A program made the translations under genes and the position numbers. From an uncultured virus (IMG/VR IMGVR_UViG_3300042398_000857) (Duplodnaviria; Heunggongvirae; Uroviricota; Caudoviricetes): DNA of 64,000 nt. Each line of letters opens with the position of its first letter. Positions within the stretch are counted from its first letter, which is position 1. Below, one piece after another: positions 29,000 through 39,437 of this stretch. Below the pieces are notes generated by a model. It worked only from the letters and a program-made list of their open reading frames with translations, had not been told where the DNA came from and made no database searches. Location: IMG/VR virus record IMGVR_UViG_3300042398_000857, one strand, 5' to 3'.

Positions 29000-31900
29000 T
29001 TATGCTTGACCAAGTTTAGCAATAGCGCCAGTATTTTCTAAACGTAATGGAATATAGATGAATTCCACTGCTTTTACTGGTTCGATTGCGATGTCAACAT
29101 AAAGCTCATTTGCATCAATTCTTGATGGTGTATTGTTTGATGTATCACAAACTACCAAATAATCATATAATGCTCTTTGTCCTACCAATTCTAGTAAGAA
29201 GCTTTCAATTTGTTGTTTAATTTCATTTCTTGTAATAGTATCATTTGGTTCAAAAATATATGGTTTTGCAATTCTTGATAATTGTACACGTAAGTAAATT
29301 ACTAATCGTGCAACATTGATACGATCTAATGAACTGGCCACTAATTGACGAGTTTTTTGTCCATAGTTAACTAACCCAGTACCAGAAATATATGTAATTG
29401 GATTAACATGGATATTTGCCAATGTATCACGCTGTCCATTATTTAACGCAACTGATCTAAATTCCCCCTCAGCATCAATATAACCAACCGAAGATGCATT
29501 AGTAATACCACCGCGTCTTACACCAGCTGGTGCAAACCAAGGATAACTTACATTATCACTTAATGCAATTGTACGTAGCATCATGTGGCTAGGTGGGACC
29601 GAAATGTGATTACCAATATTATCAGTTGTATAACCCCATGGATAGAATACTCCAAGATATGGATCAGTTGAAACCAAACCATCTGCATTATCTTCCAATG
29701 CATTATTAATATTATTACCCCAGTTACTTAATGTGGTAGCATCTGGTGTCAGTCTTGCTGGAGTATCACCGACAATAAATGCGGTTAAACCACGATCATA
29801 GTTCAGACTAATTAAAGGTTTAATCAATTCCGAATACCCAGGAGCAGCAATTAAGTTAAAGACACGATTATCTTCATCTCTGATTTGTTGGTTGCTATTA
29901 ACTAATTCAGTCAATGATTGTAATACAACAGTACGTTGTGCAATTCTTCCAAATGAACCAGATCCATCAGCTTGATTTGCTGCCTCACTAATCCAACGGT
30001 GTGGATAATAGTTAGACATCAACTCGTCATTGTTATAACGTTGATTATTGCTTAATACATCAATATAGTTGTAAACATATTTTTTAATATTGAATCCACT
30101 ACGGCGAAGATTCCATAACAACATACCTTTTGGATATAATGCTGGATTTGGTGCATCAGGATCTAAGAAATTACTTGTTAATAAGTCAACAATTGAACTT
30201 GGATTTGCTGAACGGCCATTAGTATCCCATCTTGCATCATGGAATAGAACCCCATTTTCAGTAGTTTGATCCGAGTTATCAACCAATACCCATTGTTTAG
30301 TTAGATAATCATATTTGTAAATCAATGGATAATTTTCTAAATCAGCTGTACTAATCCATAAATCACCATTTTTTAATTCAGTTAACCCATCAGATTGTGT
30401 AGTTGGAGCAGTTGCACTTACAATAGGACCTTGGCTATCAGTTGCACCAACACCATTACCTAAGTTTACATTACGATATCCAACCCATGTTGTACCATTG
30501 TGAACTAATATATCAACATCTTCAATATTACCGTTGTACCATAATTGACCATTTGCTGTTAAAGTAGTTGGTGCATTTGAACTTGCTGTTGCAAAAGATT
30601 TAGTTTTATCGGTTGATGAAACTGAAGACCAATTACTAGCAACATATGTACCAGCGATACCAGAAGGTGCTGCGTAGAAGTTTGCAGTAGAAGTTACTGA
30701 ATATAATTTAGATACTGGAGTATGTGATCCATCTACGAATGTAATTTCTCCACCTTTAATGTGGCTAATAACTACTTGATTAGTTGTTGTAGCAGATGCT
30801 ACTACATTAGTAAATCCAGCTGCATTAATTTGGCTAACAATTGCTTCGATTACCGTCACCGCAGTATCTCCATTTGTAACAGTAAATGATAAAGATTTAG
30901 CAGAATCACTATTTTCAGCAATTGTAAATGTATAGGTGTTTGCAGCAAATGTTGAATTTGTTACAATAGCAGATGTGACAGTTGTTGGTCCAACACTAGC
31001 ACGGCGATACAATTTAAAATCTGCATATTGTGGATGAACAATACTATTTTGAGTTACAGTAGCACCTGAATCATTATATTTAACATACATTGTGTTAATA
31101 GGTAAGTTAATACCTCCACCAATTGCGTCCAATCCATCAATAGCATCTATATTATTTGCATATAGTGATACAGTAGCCGGTGTCCACTGAGCTGCTTTAG
31201 AATTATATTGATTCACAAACCAGTGTGCTCCAGAATTTGGAGTAGTTGTTTTAATCCAAACTGCACCAGAAGCAATTCCGTTGTTAGATCCAGTATTATC
31301 AATTGCTTTGAATAATGGGATTTGTGTATGGGAACTAATTTGTAATGCTGGTGCTAAAAATGTTCCAGTAGTTTCACCAGTAGCTAAAATACCAGTTGCT
31401 ATTGCAGCAGATCCAGAAATTACTAAGTTTGGCCCAGTTGAGAATAATTGTAACTTATTATTTACAATACCAGCAGAAATCTTAGTAGTTGTTGTCTGTG
31501 CATTAATCGCAGTTACAAGTGTACTTAAATTTGTAACACTTGTCATGGTAATAGTTGTAGTATTGATTGTTAATGTATCAGATGATCCGACTGTTATTGC
31601 ACTTTGAAGTTTTGAACCTTGCGCGGTTGGCCAACTTGCAACCCATTCGGTTGATCCAACTTCAACCCATTTAACACCAGATGCTGATGTTGTAATTGGT
31701 TTTTTAAACCATAGATTAATAAGACCAGAGACTGCAACAATTGCATAACTACCGATTGCACCAAAACTAGCTTTTGGAGTATAATCTTGCCCAGCAAAAT
31801 CAACAACATAATTAGGATCAGTAATAACAGATGGTTTTTGGACAGTAAAAGATTGTCCACCTGCTACAGTAGCTGGATTTGCATCCCATTGAAAAATACC

Positions 31901-32335
31901 GTATTGAGTATCAGCAGTATCAATCCACACGGTTCCATCTACTGGCAGACCGGCAGGTGCATCAGCAGATTCTTCAAGTTGTGATAAATCAATATCACCA
32001 CGAACTACATACGCACTATTGCTTACACCTAGAAAGCTGTATGCGGCTTGTAAACCATATTCGTTTAATTCACCAGCATGAACTGGATTATTGTTAGCAT
32101 CAGTTTGGAAAATCGGAGTTCCAAAAGTATCTGATAAATCTTTTTGGCTAGTCATTAAATAAACTTGACCAGCATTTGCTTTTAAAGTACCTGGTGCAAT
32201 ACCTGTACCTGAACCGTTTTGCTTATTTTCGGCAGAAGCAACAACGATTAATGGAACTGTACCCGGTGCGGAAGGGGTGTAAAAACTTTCGTCAATTACA
32301 GTAACGCTTACGCCTGGTGATTGAAGTTGAGCCAT
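29000..32335 (-). CDS. gp18: Tail sheath protein (1111 aa, with large insertion domains)
   Basis: SPGVSVTVIDES, WFAPAG.RRG, NPI, DRINVARL, FEPND, IEPVKAVEFIYI. Confidence 0.95.
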   Translation of the reverse strand: MAQLQSPGVSVTVIDESFYTPSAPGTVPLIVVASAENKQNGSGTGIAPGTLKANAGQVYLMTSQKDLSDTFGTPIFQTDANNNPVHAGELNEYGLQAAYSFLGVSNSAYVVRGDIDLSQLEESADAPAGLPVDGTVWIDTADTQYGIFQWDANPATVAGGQSFTVQKPSVITDPNYVVDFAGQDYTPKASFGAIGSYAIVAVSGLINLWFKKPITTSASGVKWVEVGSTEWVASWPTAQGSKLQSAITVGSSDTLTINTTTITMTSVTNLSTLVTAINAQTTTTKISAGIVNNKLQLFSTGPNLVISGSAAIATGILATGETTGTFLAPALQISSHTQIPLFKAIDNTGSNNGIASGAVWIKTTTPNSGAHWFVNQYNSKAAQWTPATVSLYANNIDAIDGLDAIGGGINLPINTMYVKYNDSGATVTQNSIVHPQYADFKLYRRASVGPTTVTSAIVTNSTFAANTYTFTIAENSDSAKSLSFTVTNGDTAVTVIEAIVSQINAAGFTNVVASATTTNQVVISHIKGGEITFVDGSHTPVSKLYSVTSTANFYAAPSGIAGTYVASNWSSVSSTDKTKSFATASSNAPTTLTANGQLWYNGNIEDVDILVHNGTTWVGYRNVNLGNGVGATDSQGPIVSATAPTTQSDGLTELKNGDLWISTADLENYPLIYKYDYLTKQWVLVDNSDQTTENGVLFHDARWDTNGRSANPSSIVDLLTSNFLDPDAPNPALYPKGMLLWNLRRSGFNIKKYVYNYIDVLSNNQRYNNDELMSNYYPHRWISEAANQADGSGSFGRIAQRTVVLQSLTELVNSNQQIRDEDNRVFNLIAAPGYSELIKPLISLNYDRGLTAFIVGDTPARLTPDATTLSNWGNNINNALEDNADGLVSTDPYLGVFYPWGYTTDNIGNHISVPPSHMMLRTIALSDNVSYPWFAPAGVRRGGITNASSVGYIDAEGEFRSVALNNGQRDTLANIHVNPITYISGTGLVNYGQKTRQLVASSLDRINVARLVIYLRVQLSRIAKPYIFEPNDTITRNEIKQQIESFLLELVGQRALYDYLVVCDTSNNTPSRIDANELYVDIAIEPVKAVEFIYIPLRLENTGAIAKLGQA

Positions 32336-32459
32336 AATATATTCTCCATGAACAATGTCTAAATAGATCTCTTTGTGTATTTAGTAAATTTCAGGGTTTT
32401 ATATGGCGATAAGGGGTATAAAAAGGGATAATAAAGGGGTGATATCAATAAATATTAAT

Positions 32460-32795
32460 ATGAGACCACTATGTAAATGCGGATATAGACCAGCAGCGAT
32501 AAATTATATAAAGAATGAAAGAACTTATTATAGAAAACTATGTGAAACTTGTTTAAAGAATGGGTTATATCATGGCATACCCAGATGGTTTCGGTCTGGG
32601 TATACTATAAAAAATCAATGTGATAAATGTGGATATAAATCGCAATATACAGAAATATTTGCGGTATTTCATGTTGATGGAAATTTAAACAATTGTAGAC
32701 CAAGCAACCTTAAAACAGTGTGCTCCAACTGTCAACGGATACTACATCTAGAAGGGATATATTGGAAGCAAGGGGATCTTCATCCTGACCTATAA
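32460..32795 (+). CDS. Zn-binding HNH-like endonuclease (111 aa)
   Basis: CxC/CxxC pairs and HVDGNLNN...NLKTVCSNC; ATAAATA 5 nt before ATG. Confidence 0.7.
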   Translation: MRPLCKCGYRPAAINYIKNERTYYRKLCETCLKNGLYHGIPRWFRSGYTIKNQCDKCGYKSQYTEIFAVFHVDGNLNNCRPSNLKTVCSNCQRILHLEGIYWKQGDLHPDL

Positions 32796-33402
32796 CGTGT
32801 GTCTGTACACTATTATATAAGTCTGAAATAGATCCATTATTTTCTATAATTACATCGAATTCTAATCCATACCAAGCCCACTCACTTTCGTGAACACCAT
32901 AACGTCTTAACAATATTGATTTACTAATACTATCACCACGTAATGCATCTTTAACATATGGGTGCCAGTCTGGTTCTGGACCACGTTTTACCCGGATGAT
33001 TTTCCCACCAGCTGCCCTAATTGCTTGAAATTCATTTGGGAATCTACAGTCTGAAATGACTATATTATCTTTACTTCTTCGAAGTTTATTTTCAAGACTA
33101 GCAATCCAAATATCTTGGTGAAACCCATCACGACATACCTCAGTTCCCCAATTTTGTAAAACCCATCGAGGTGTTATGTTTATCCCAAGTCTTTTTGTCC
33201 ACCATTCATCTTGCTTTTCTCGCCATACACGAGATTCTTGTGTTCGGCCTTCAAGTAGTGTCCTGTCCCATCCGAATATTACTGACACCGCATCTTTTAA
33301 TGATGCGGCAAATGATTCACATCTAAAACTGTGAAAATTTGCTAGATAGTCCGCTACCGTACCTTTCCCAGATCCAATTGATCCGACTACACCTATAATC
33401 AT
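32710..33402 (-). CDS. gp1: Deoxynucleoside monophosphate kinase (T4 gp1-like)
   Basis: GSIGSGKGT, FAASLK, TPRWVLQNWGTE, ISDCRFPNE, HESE. Confidence 0.9.
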   Translation of the reverse strand: MIIGVVGSIGSGKGTVADYLANFHSFRCESFAASLKDAVSVIFGWDRTLLEGRTQESRVWREKQDEWWTKRLGINITPRWVLQNWGTEVCRDGFHQDIWIASLENKLRRSKDNIVISDCRFPNEFQAIRAAGGKIIRVKRGPEPDWHPYVKDALRGDSISKSILLRRYGVHESEWAWYGLEFDVIIENNGSISDLYNSVQTHVIGQDEDPLASNISLLDVVSVDSWSTLF

Positions 33403-33411
33403 ATTACTTTC

Positions 33412-33456
33412 TCCTTGTAACCATAGTATTATATCAAATGATTACAAGGATGTCAA
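33412..33456 (-). promoter_or_regulatory. Sigma70 promoter whose spacer is complementary to the downstream SD
   Basis: TTGACA-17-TATAAT; TCCTTGTAA/TTACAAGGA inverted repeat overlapping AGGAG. Confidence 0.8.
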
Positions 33457-33459
33457 TCA

Positions 33460-34248
33460 TTATCCTAAAACAAAGTAATAACCCGTTCCACCAGAAATCA
33501 ATGTTTCGAGTTCTTTATCCAACGCAGCTAATTCTTCTTTTGCAGCCGATTTTAAATCATTACCATTAAGCGTTATACCACCGCTTGTTGGCCCAGCTAT
33601 TGATGCAAATAAACTTCTAGCTTCACCAAGCATCATTTTACATGTTGCCAAGGTATAATCACGCAACCATTGTTTAGCGTAAATATCAGTTAATAATACA
33701 AAGTCAGGTCTGAAATTGTATGATTGAATTAGTATTTGTTCACCTTGTGCAAATGGTCTTTGTAAAATATCTAATAAGTGACTAGTTGGTTTCCATTTAA
33801 ATTCAATATAACTACCAAACATACGTCCAACTAGTTTTTGATATCCTGCAAATAATTCATAAGTTGCTAATCCACCCATCATACTACCACTCATTAAGTA
33901 GGTATTCGTATATGCCAAGTTAAATGGTTCAAATAATGTACCACCACCGCCCATACCGGATCTTGATCCGATTGCACGTCTAAAAACTTGTCTAACTTCA
34001 ATAATTTCGTCAGGAAGTCTATATTCATTTTGATCTTGAATTAATTCCAAGAAACTATAGCTTTCTTCAACGGCATTTGGGCTGCGTTGTCTATATCGGG
34101 TTAATGCTCGATCAAGAGCAGTTTCATAGTGAATTGGATCCAAGTCAATATCGATCATTCCATCACCTAACATAGCTTTTACATAATCAAAAACTTTGTT
34201 ACGTTCGATAGTTGATGTGGTAGTTGTATCTGTAAGCAGTTCAGTCAT
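33460..34248 (-). CDS. gp13: Neck protein (gp13-like)
   Basis: MLGDGMIDIDL, WLRDYTLA.CK.MLG, GP..GITLNG. Confidence 0.8.
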   Translation of the reverse strand: MTELLTDTTTTSTIERNKVFDYVKAMLGDGMIDIDLDPIHYETALDRALTRYRQRSPNAVEESYSFLELIQDQNEYRLPDEIIEVRQVFRRAIGSRSGMGGGGTLFEPFNLAYTNTYLMSGSMMGGLATYELFAGYQKLVGRMFGSYIEFKWKPTSHLLDILQRPFAQGEQILIQSYNFRPDFVLLTDIYAKQWLRDYTLATCKMMLGEARSLFASIAGPTSGGITLNGNDLKSAAKEELAALDKELETLISGGTGYYFVLG

Positions 34249-34263
34249 AATAGTTCTCCAACT

Positions 34264-34282
34264 ATATTTATCTGATAAATAT
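34264..34282. promoter_or_regulatory. Back-to-back T4-like late promoters
   Basis: Palindrome ATATTTATC-T-GATAAATAT between divergent neck genes. Confidence 0.75.
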
Positions 34283-34304
34283 CATATAACACCGGAGAAT
34301 TACG

Positions 34305-35711
34305 TTGCCACGTCTAAGCATGTACAAACCCGAAAAGGGAAATAATTACAAATTTATAGATCGTCAGATTTCAAGAATGTTTCAAGTTGGTGGAACTGAT
34401 GTTTATGTCCATAAATATTTAGGGCCATCTATTGCCGACTCTGGGACTGCAGATCAACCAATATATGATTCTGTTTCTAATACCAATATTCAAGATATGT
34501 TATTACTAGAAAACCGTGATAGAAAATATGAACCAGAAGTGTATCGTATTAGGGGATATTATAACGTTGAAAATATTGATTTCAATTTGAGTCAATTTGG
34601 ATTGTTTATCGATAATGATACCTTATTCATGACTGTGCATATCAACGATTTCATTAATTATGTTGGTAGAAAACCAATTAGTGGTGATGTAATTGAAATA
34701 CCACATTTAAAAGATGATTTTGCATTAAATGATTTTGATGTTAGTTTACCAAGATATTATGTAGTAGAAGATGTTGGCCGTGCTAGTGAGGGATTTTCTG
34801 TAACATGGTTCCCACATTTGTACCGTTTACGTATCACCAAAATTACAGATAGTCAACAATTTTCTGATATTCTTGATTTACCAGCTGGTGAAAACACCGA
34901 GTTAACAGTACGTGATATTTTAAGTACACGAGCTAAAGAATTAGAAATTAATGATGCCGTAATCCAACAATCTGAAATTGATGCACCAATGAGCGGATAT
35001 GAAACTAGACAGTTTTATACACTATCAGTTGATCCGATAACAGGTAAACCATTAATACATACCGTTGATGATATGAATTTAGATGCAAGCAGTTCATCTA
35101 TTTTAACCAATGACAATACGGTAACTCCTTTGAGAACAGGATATACTGGTTATCTGGTTGGGGATGGATGCCCTGTAAATGGGTATGACTTTGGTATTGG
35201 CATACAATTTCCAGCAAACGCGGGGGTTGATGATTTCTTTTTGAGAAATGATTTTATACCAAACCGACTATTCAAGTATGATGGGGATAAATGGATTAGA
35301 GTAGAAGATTCAGTTAGAATGTCAATGACTAACAATGATACTAGAAATACTCTGAAAACTAGTTTTATTAATAATACAAAATATACTTATAACAATGCAG
35401 TTGGTTCAGATTTTGTAAAATTAAACAAAAATACTATTATAATTGATACGAATATTAATTACACCACTTGCTTATATGTTGTATTAAAAATGGACGTACA
35501 TGAACTAGATTTTGTTGTTTCAAACCATGCTGGGATTATATCATCGTATTCAGTAAATGGAGTTAATAAAGTTAGAATACATTTACCATTAATCGATAGT
35601 GAACAACAATCGATCCCATATACAGGTGCATGGAAGGTGACATTATATAATCACAGAGAGTCACAACGTCAAAGTTTATCCAAAGCACTTAGACCAGATG
35701 CGAATTTTTAA
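34305..35711 (+). CDS. gp14: Neck/head-closure protein (gp14-like)
   Basis: LSQFGL, GDVIEIPH, LYRL; position between gp13 and gp15. Confidence 0.65.
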   Translation: MPRLSMYKPEKGNNYKFIDRQISRMFQVGGTDVYVHKYLGPSIADSGTADQPIYDSVSNTNIQDMLLLENRDRKYEPEVYRIRGYYNVENIDFNLSQFGLFIDNDTLFMTVHINDFINYVGRKPISGDVIEIPHLKDDFALNDFDVSLPRYYVVEDVGRASEGFSVTWFPHLYRLRITKITDSQQFSDILDLPAGENTELTVRDILSTRAKELEINDAVIQQSEIDAPMSGYETRQFYTLSVDPITGKPLIHTVDDMNLDASSSSILTNDNTVTPLRTGYTGYLVGDGCPVNGYDFGIGIQFPANAGVDDFFLRNDFIPNRLFKYDGDKWIRVEDSVRMSMTNNDTRNTLKTSFINNTKYTYNNAVGSDFVKLNKNTIIIDTNINYTTCLYVVLKMDVHELDFVVSNHAGIISSYSVNGVNKVRIHLPLIDSEQQSIPYTGAWKVTLYNHRESQRQSLSKALRPDANF

Positions 35712-35719
35712 GGAATACT

Positions 35720-37180
35720 ATGTTACATTTTTATGATGGGCAATTAAGACGATATATTACACAAACTATTAGATTTTTTAGTAATTTCGTAGTTAAGTAT
35801 GGAGATGGATCTCTCCACAGAATACCGGTATTATACGGAGACCAAGATAGACAAGTTGCTAGTGTAATTAGACAGAACTCAGAAAATATTATCAATGCTG
35901 CTCCTAGAATTGCGATTTATATTTCTGGATTAGAATTAGATAGAGATCGTCTTGCAGATGCTACGTATGTTGGAAAATCACATTTTAGAGATCGTGATAT
36001 CGATCCAGCTACAAATACATATTTGAATACACAAGGTAGAAATTATACTGTAGAAAAAATAATGCCAACCCCATTTAAACTATCGATGAAAGTTGATATA
36101 TGGGCAGCTAGTACAGATCAAAAGTTTCAAATTTTAGAACAAATTTTAATATTTTTTAATCCAAGTGTTGAATTACAAACATCTGATAACTACCTAGATT
36201 GGACCAGTTTAACAGTATTAAATTTAGATCAAATTAATTGGTCAAGTAGGCAAGTTCCAGTAGGGAATAACTTAGCAATCGATATAGCCACATTAACTAT
36301 CGACACACCAATTTGGTTGAGTGCGCCGGTTAAAGTAAAACAGTTAGGTGTTATTACCAACATTATTACAAGCTTATATGGTTCCGTAGAAACTAGCCCA
36401 ACTGGTTATATTGAAGGATTAGGCATTGATACCGCTGAACCAACTATTACATTTTCAGATTTACTAAGCCAGGAACGGATCACAATTGACCAATATAGTA
36501 TTTTAGTTTATGGGAATGCAGTTTCACTGTTAGGGTCAAGTGTACCATCAGCACCACTAACATGGAGTGAAATAATTGATTTATATCCAGGAAAATTTGT
36601 ATCAGGGGTTAGTTCAATTTATTTATTACAACCAGATAATTCACAGATTGTTGGCACAATTTCATTAGATCCAGTAAATTTAGATAATTTAATTGTATCA
36701 TGGGATACTGATACATTAGTTTCTAATACTGGGATAGATAGTACTGGAAAATTAGATTATAACCCAGGTTATAATGCGACTGGTAGTTATAGACCAGGTA
36801 GTACTGGCACGTTTGACGCAATCGTTAATCCATTAACTTATAATCCAAAACGCCCAAATAATGAATCAATCGATCAGCTTATAGTAGTTGGTACTAGGTT
36901 TTTAATCGTTGAAGATATTGGTAGTGAATTAAATGAAGATGGCCCAGATGCGTGGAAATCATCAGGCAATCTTGATTTTATTGCACATGCTAATGATATT
37001 ATTGAATGGTCAGGTACTTCGTGGAATATAATTTTTAATTCAACATTATCTTCTAATAATGATGTAATGATATGGCAAACTAACATATATACTGGTGTAC
37101 AGTATTTGTGGAATGGTATTTCATGGGTTAAGAGTTTTGATGGCGAATATAGTGAGGGGAAATGGCACTTAGTACTATAA
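35720..37180 (+). CDS. gp15: Tail sheath stabiliser/terminator (gp15-like)
   Basis: HFYDGQLRRY, IPVLYG, PTPFKL, QILEQILIFFNP. Confidence 0.8.
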   Translation: MLHFYDGQLRRYITQTIRFFSNFVVKYGDGSLHRIPVLYGDQDRQVASVIRQNSENIINAAPRIAIYISGLELDRDRLADATYVGKSHFRDRDIDPATNTYLNTQGRNYTVEKIMPTPFKLSMKVDIWAASTDQKFQILEQILIFFNPSVELQTSDNYLDWTSLTVLNLDQINWSSRQVPVGNNLAIDIATLTIDTPIWLSAPVKVKQLGVITNIITSLYGSVETSPTGYIEGLGIDTAEPTITFSDLLSQERITIDQYSILVYGNAVSLLGSSVPSAPLTWSEIIDLYPGKFVSGVSSIYLLQPDNSQIVGTISLDPVNLDNLIVSWDTDTLVSNTGIDSTGKLDYNPGYNATGSYRPGSTGTFDAIVNPLTYNPKRPNNESIDQLIVVGTRFLIVEDIGSELNEDGPDAWKSSGNLDFIAHANDIIEWSGTSWNIIFNSTLSSNNDVMIWQTNIYTGVQYLWNGISWVKSFDGEYSEGKWHLVL

Positions 37181-37611
37181 CTGATAAGATTGTGTGCAGT
37201 GGAGCATTGTTTTATTCAATATCTACTAGACGATTTTTATTAGTTCAAAAAGCAAGAGGAAAACATAACGGGACATGGGGGTTAGTTGGTGGTACAAATT
37301 TAGCTAACGAAAACCCGTGGCAAGGATTACAAAGAGAAATTATTGAAGAGATAGGGGTTGAGCCAGTCATAATCAAAACAATACCAATTGAAACATTTGT
37401 ATCCAACGACACTGTGTTTAATTTTCACACATTTTTATGTGTTATAGACAATGAGTTCATTCCTACGTTAAGTGATGAACACTGCGGATGGGCTTGGTGT
37501 ACTATTGAATTAGCACCCAAGCCTCTTCACCAGGGGTTGAAAAATAGTTTTTCTAATAAGATAATTAGAACCAAACTCCAAACTATTTTTGATATTATTG
37601 ACTTAATCTAA
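37162..37611 (+). CDS. NUDIX hydrolase
   Basis: G-x5-E-x7-REIIEEIG Nudix box. Confidence 0.9.
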   Translation: MALSTITDKIVCSGALFYSISTRRFLLVQKARGKHNGTWGLVGGTNLANENPWQGLQREIIEEIGVEPVIIKTIPIETFVSNDTVFNFHTFLCVIDNEFIPTLSDEHCGWAWCTIELAPKPLHQGLKNSFSNKIIRTKLQTIFDIIDLI

Positions 37612-39384
37612 ATCCCAATCTTCGCCATGTAAAAATTCTACATTAGTTTGTTTGAAGAAGGTTGTGTAATACTTAATTTTTTGTTCATAAAATTCTATAT
37701 TATCAAAAAATCTTTCATGAAATTCTACGTATATTTTATCAAAATAATTGTATACGTTAGATGATATAATATCATCCAACACCTTAAATTCACTACCTTC
37801 AATATCCAATTTAAGAATTATACGATGCGAATTATCAAATTTATTGATAATAAAATCTGAAAATTTTATAGCCCCAATCATTAGTTGGGCATCATTATAT
37901 AAAAATTGATCATTGTATTTTATATCTTTTTCAGGGGGGTTTTCTAACACATTAGACCCTAAATGTGTATAATCATTGGTATATGTATAAGCACAATTCA
38001 CAGTTACTAGTTCAGTTTTATCATAAACTGCTTTATTTAAATGCGTAATGTTAAATCCAGCACTGATATATTGGTTATATATTTCGTTTGATTTTTGATA
38101 TACATATGGGTTAGCTTCAAATGCATAACATTCCCATGTTGAATTAATATTATACTTTTTAACAAATTGAGAAAATCCTTGAAACATATGCGTACCACAA
38201 TCTATATATACATTTTTTCTTTTTTGTTCTAGTATTGGATAGATATAATCTTGGACTGGGTACTGTTTTCTTAACCAGTCTAATTCATCACGAGTATCAT
38301 TTGGTTCATACCACCCTTTACCAGTATATATATTCAATACTGATTGAAAATATTCTTCATACATTTTTGCGACACGGTTCATCGAAAAATTATTCATAGC
38401 CCAATCTCTACAATTTTGTGGGTTTATTCTATCAATATTTTTTGCTGCCCAAGTAAATTGTTCAAATGTTCTGCATCGATACCCAGTTACCCCATGAATG
38501 TTATTTTCCGTGAATGCACCCCAATCAGTTGTGATAGTTGGCGTACCAGAGAACAAACATTCAACTTGTACGCCACCAAATGGCTCATTATACATACTAG
38601 CAACGAATGCGCCTTTTGCATTAGCCATAAGTTCACGGCGTGTCTCAACATCTGCATATCCAATTACATCCACATGGTCTGGGATCACGTCATAACCACA
38701 ATCTTGTAATGAATTTTGTCCTGCAACTTTTAATCTTGCACCAATTTCTTTAGTTGCTTGGATAGCAATATGGATGCCTTTACCTTCATAAACACGCCCA
38801 ATGAATAAGAAATAATCTTCTTTAGTATCTTTGTATGTGAAATCATCTGGATCAAAATAATTAGGAATTACAACATCATACCAATCTTGTTTACATGTCC
38901 CAACAGACTCTAATCCGTAATATGCATGATATATTGCGTATGATTCAAAAATTTTAAACCTAGCCCAATGGCCACCTGAATAACCGATCCCTGGTTCAAC
39001 ACAAATTAAATCGGGATGTGCATCACAAATCGTGCGTACACCTGAACCCCAGAATGGTAGAATAAAATCATTTTTTTGTTTTCTTGTTTGAATTTCATTT
39101 ATTGCATTTTTATAAAACGTTTGATATGCATGATCACCTAAATCATATTTAAAAAAATGCTTCCGCCAATCATGATTACCGTAAGATACTTTCCAATCGA
39201 CTGATGACAATACCGTCACATGCTCAGTGCAGGTGAGATCGGATTCTTCATGCCCATAATGAATAACTGTGTGACCGATCTCCGTCATCATTTTACAGAA
39301 CTTAACTACTTTTTGAGTATACGCACATGCGATGTACTCTCTACTGGATACCGTATGTGGTAATCCCAATACATGAAATCTCAT
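37603..39384 (-). CDS. GT-B (family 4-like) glycosyltransferase fused to an FkbM-family methyltransferase
   Basis: FIGR...KG and EPFGGVQVE...GTP; C-terminal IDCG, FEAN, LKLDIEGSE. Confidence 0.85.
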   Translation of the reverse strand: MRFHVLGLPHTVSSREYIACAYTQKVVKFCKMMTEIGHTVIHYGHEESDLTCTEHVTVLSSVDWKVSYGNHDWRKHFFKYDLGDHAYQTFYKNAINEIQTRKQKNDFILPFWGSGVRTICDAHPDLICVEPGIGYSGGHWARFKIFESYAIYHAYYGLESVGTCKQDWYDVVIPNYFDPDDFTYKDTKEDYFLFIGRVYEGKGIHIAIQATKEIGARLKVAGQNSLQDCGYDVIPDHVDVIGYADVETRRELMANAKGAFVASMYNEPFGGVQVECLFSGTPTITTDWGAFTENNIHGVTGYRCRTFEQFTWAAKNIDRINPQNCRDWAMNNFSMNRVAKMYEEYFQSVLNIYTGKGWYEPNDTRDELDWLRKQYPVQDYIYPILEQKRKNVYIDCGTHMFQGFSQFVKKYNINSTWECYAFEANPYVYQKSNEIYNQYISAGFNITHLNKAVYDKTELVTVNCAYTYTNDYTHLGSNVLENPPEKDIKYNDQFLYNDAQLMIGAIKFSDFIINKFDNSHRIILKLDIEGSEFKVLDDIISSNVYNYFDKIYVEFHERFFDNIEFYEQKIKYYTTFFKQTNVEFLHGEDWDLD

Positions 39385-39402
39385 TTTATCTCCTTTTTTA
39401 AA

Positions 39403-39437
39403 AGTTTCATTATATCATAGCATAATGAAACTGTCAA
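39403..39437 (-). promoter_or_regulatory. Sigma70 promoter inside an 11-bp inverted repeat
   Basis: TTGACA-17-TATAAT; AGTTTCATTAT/ATAATGAAACT. Confidence 0.8.
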
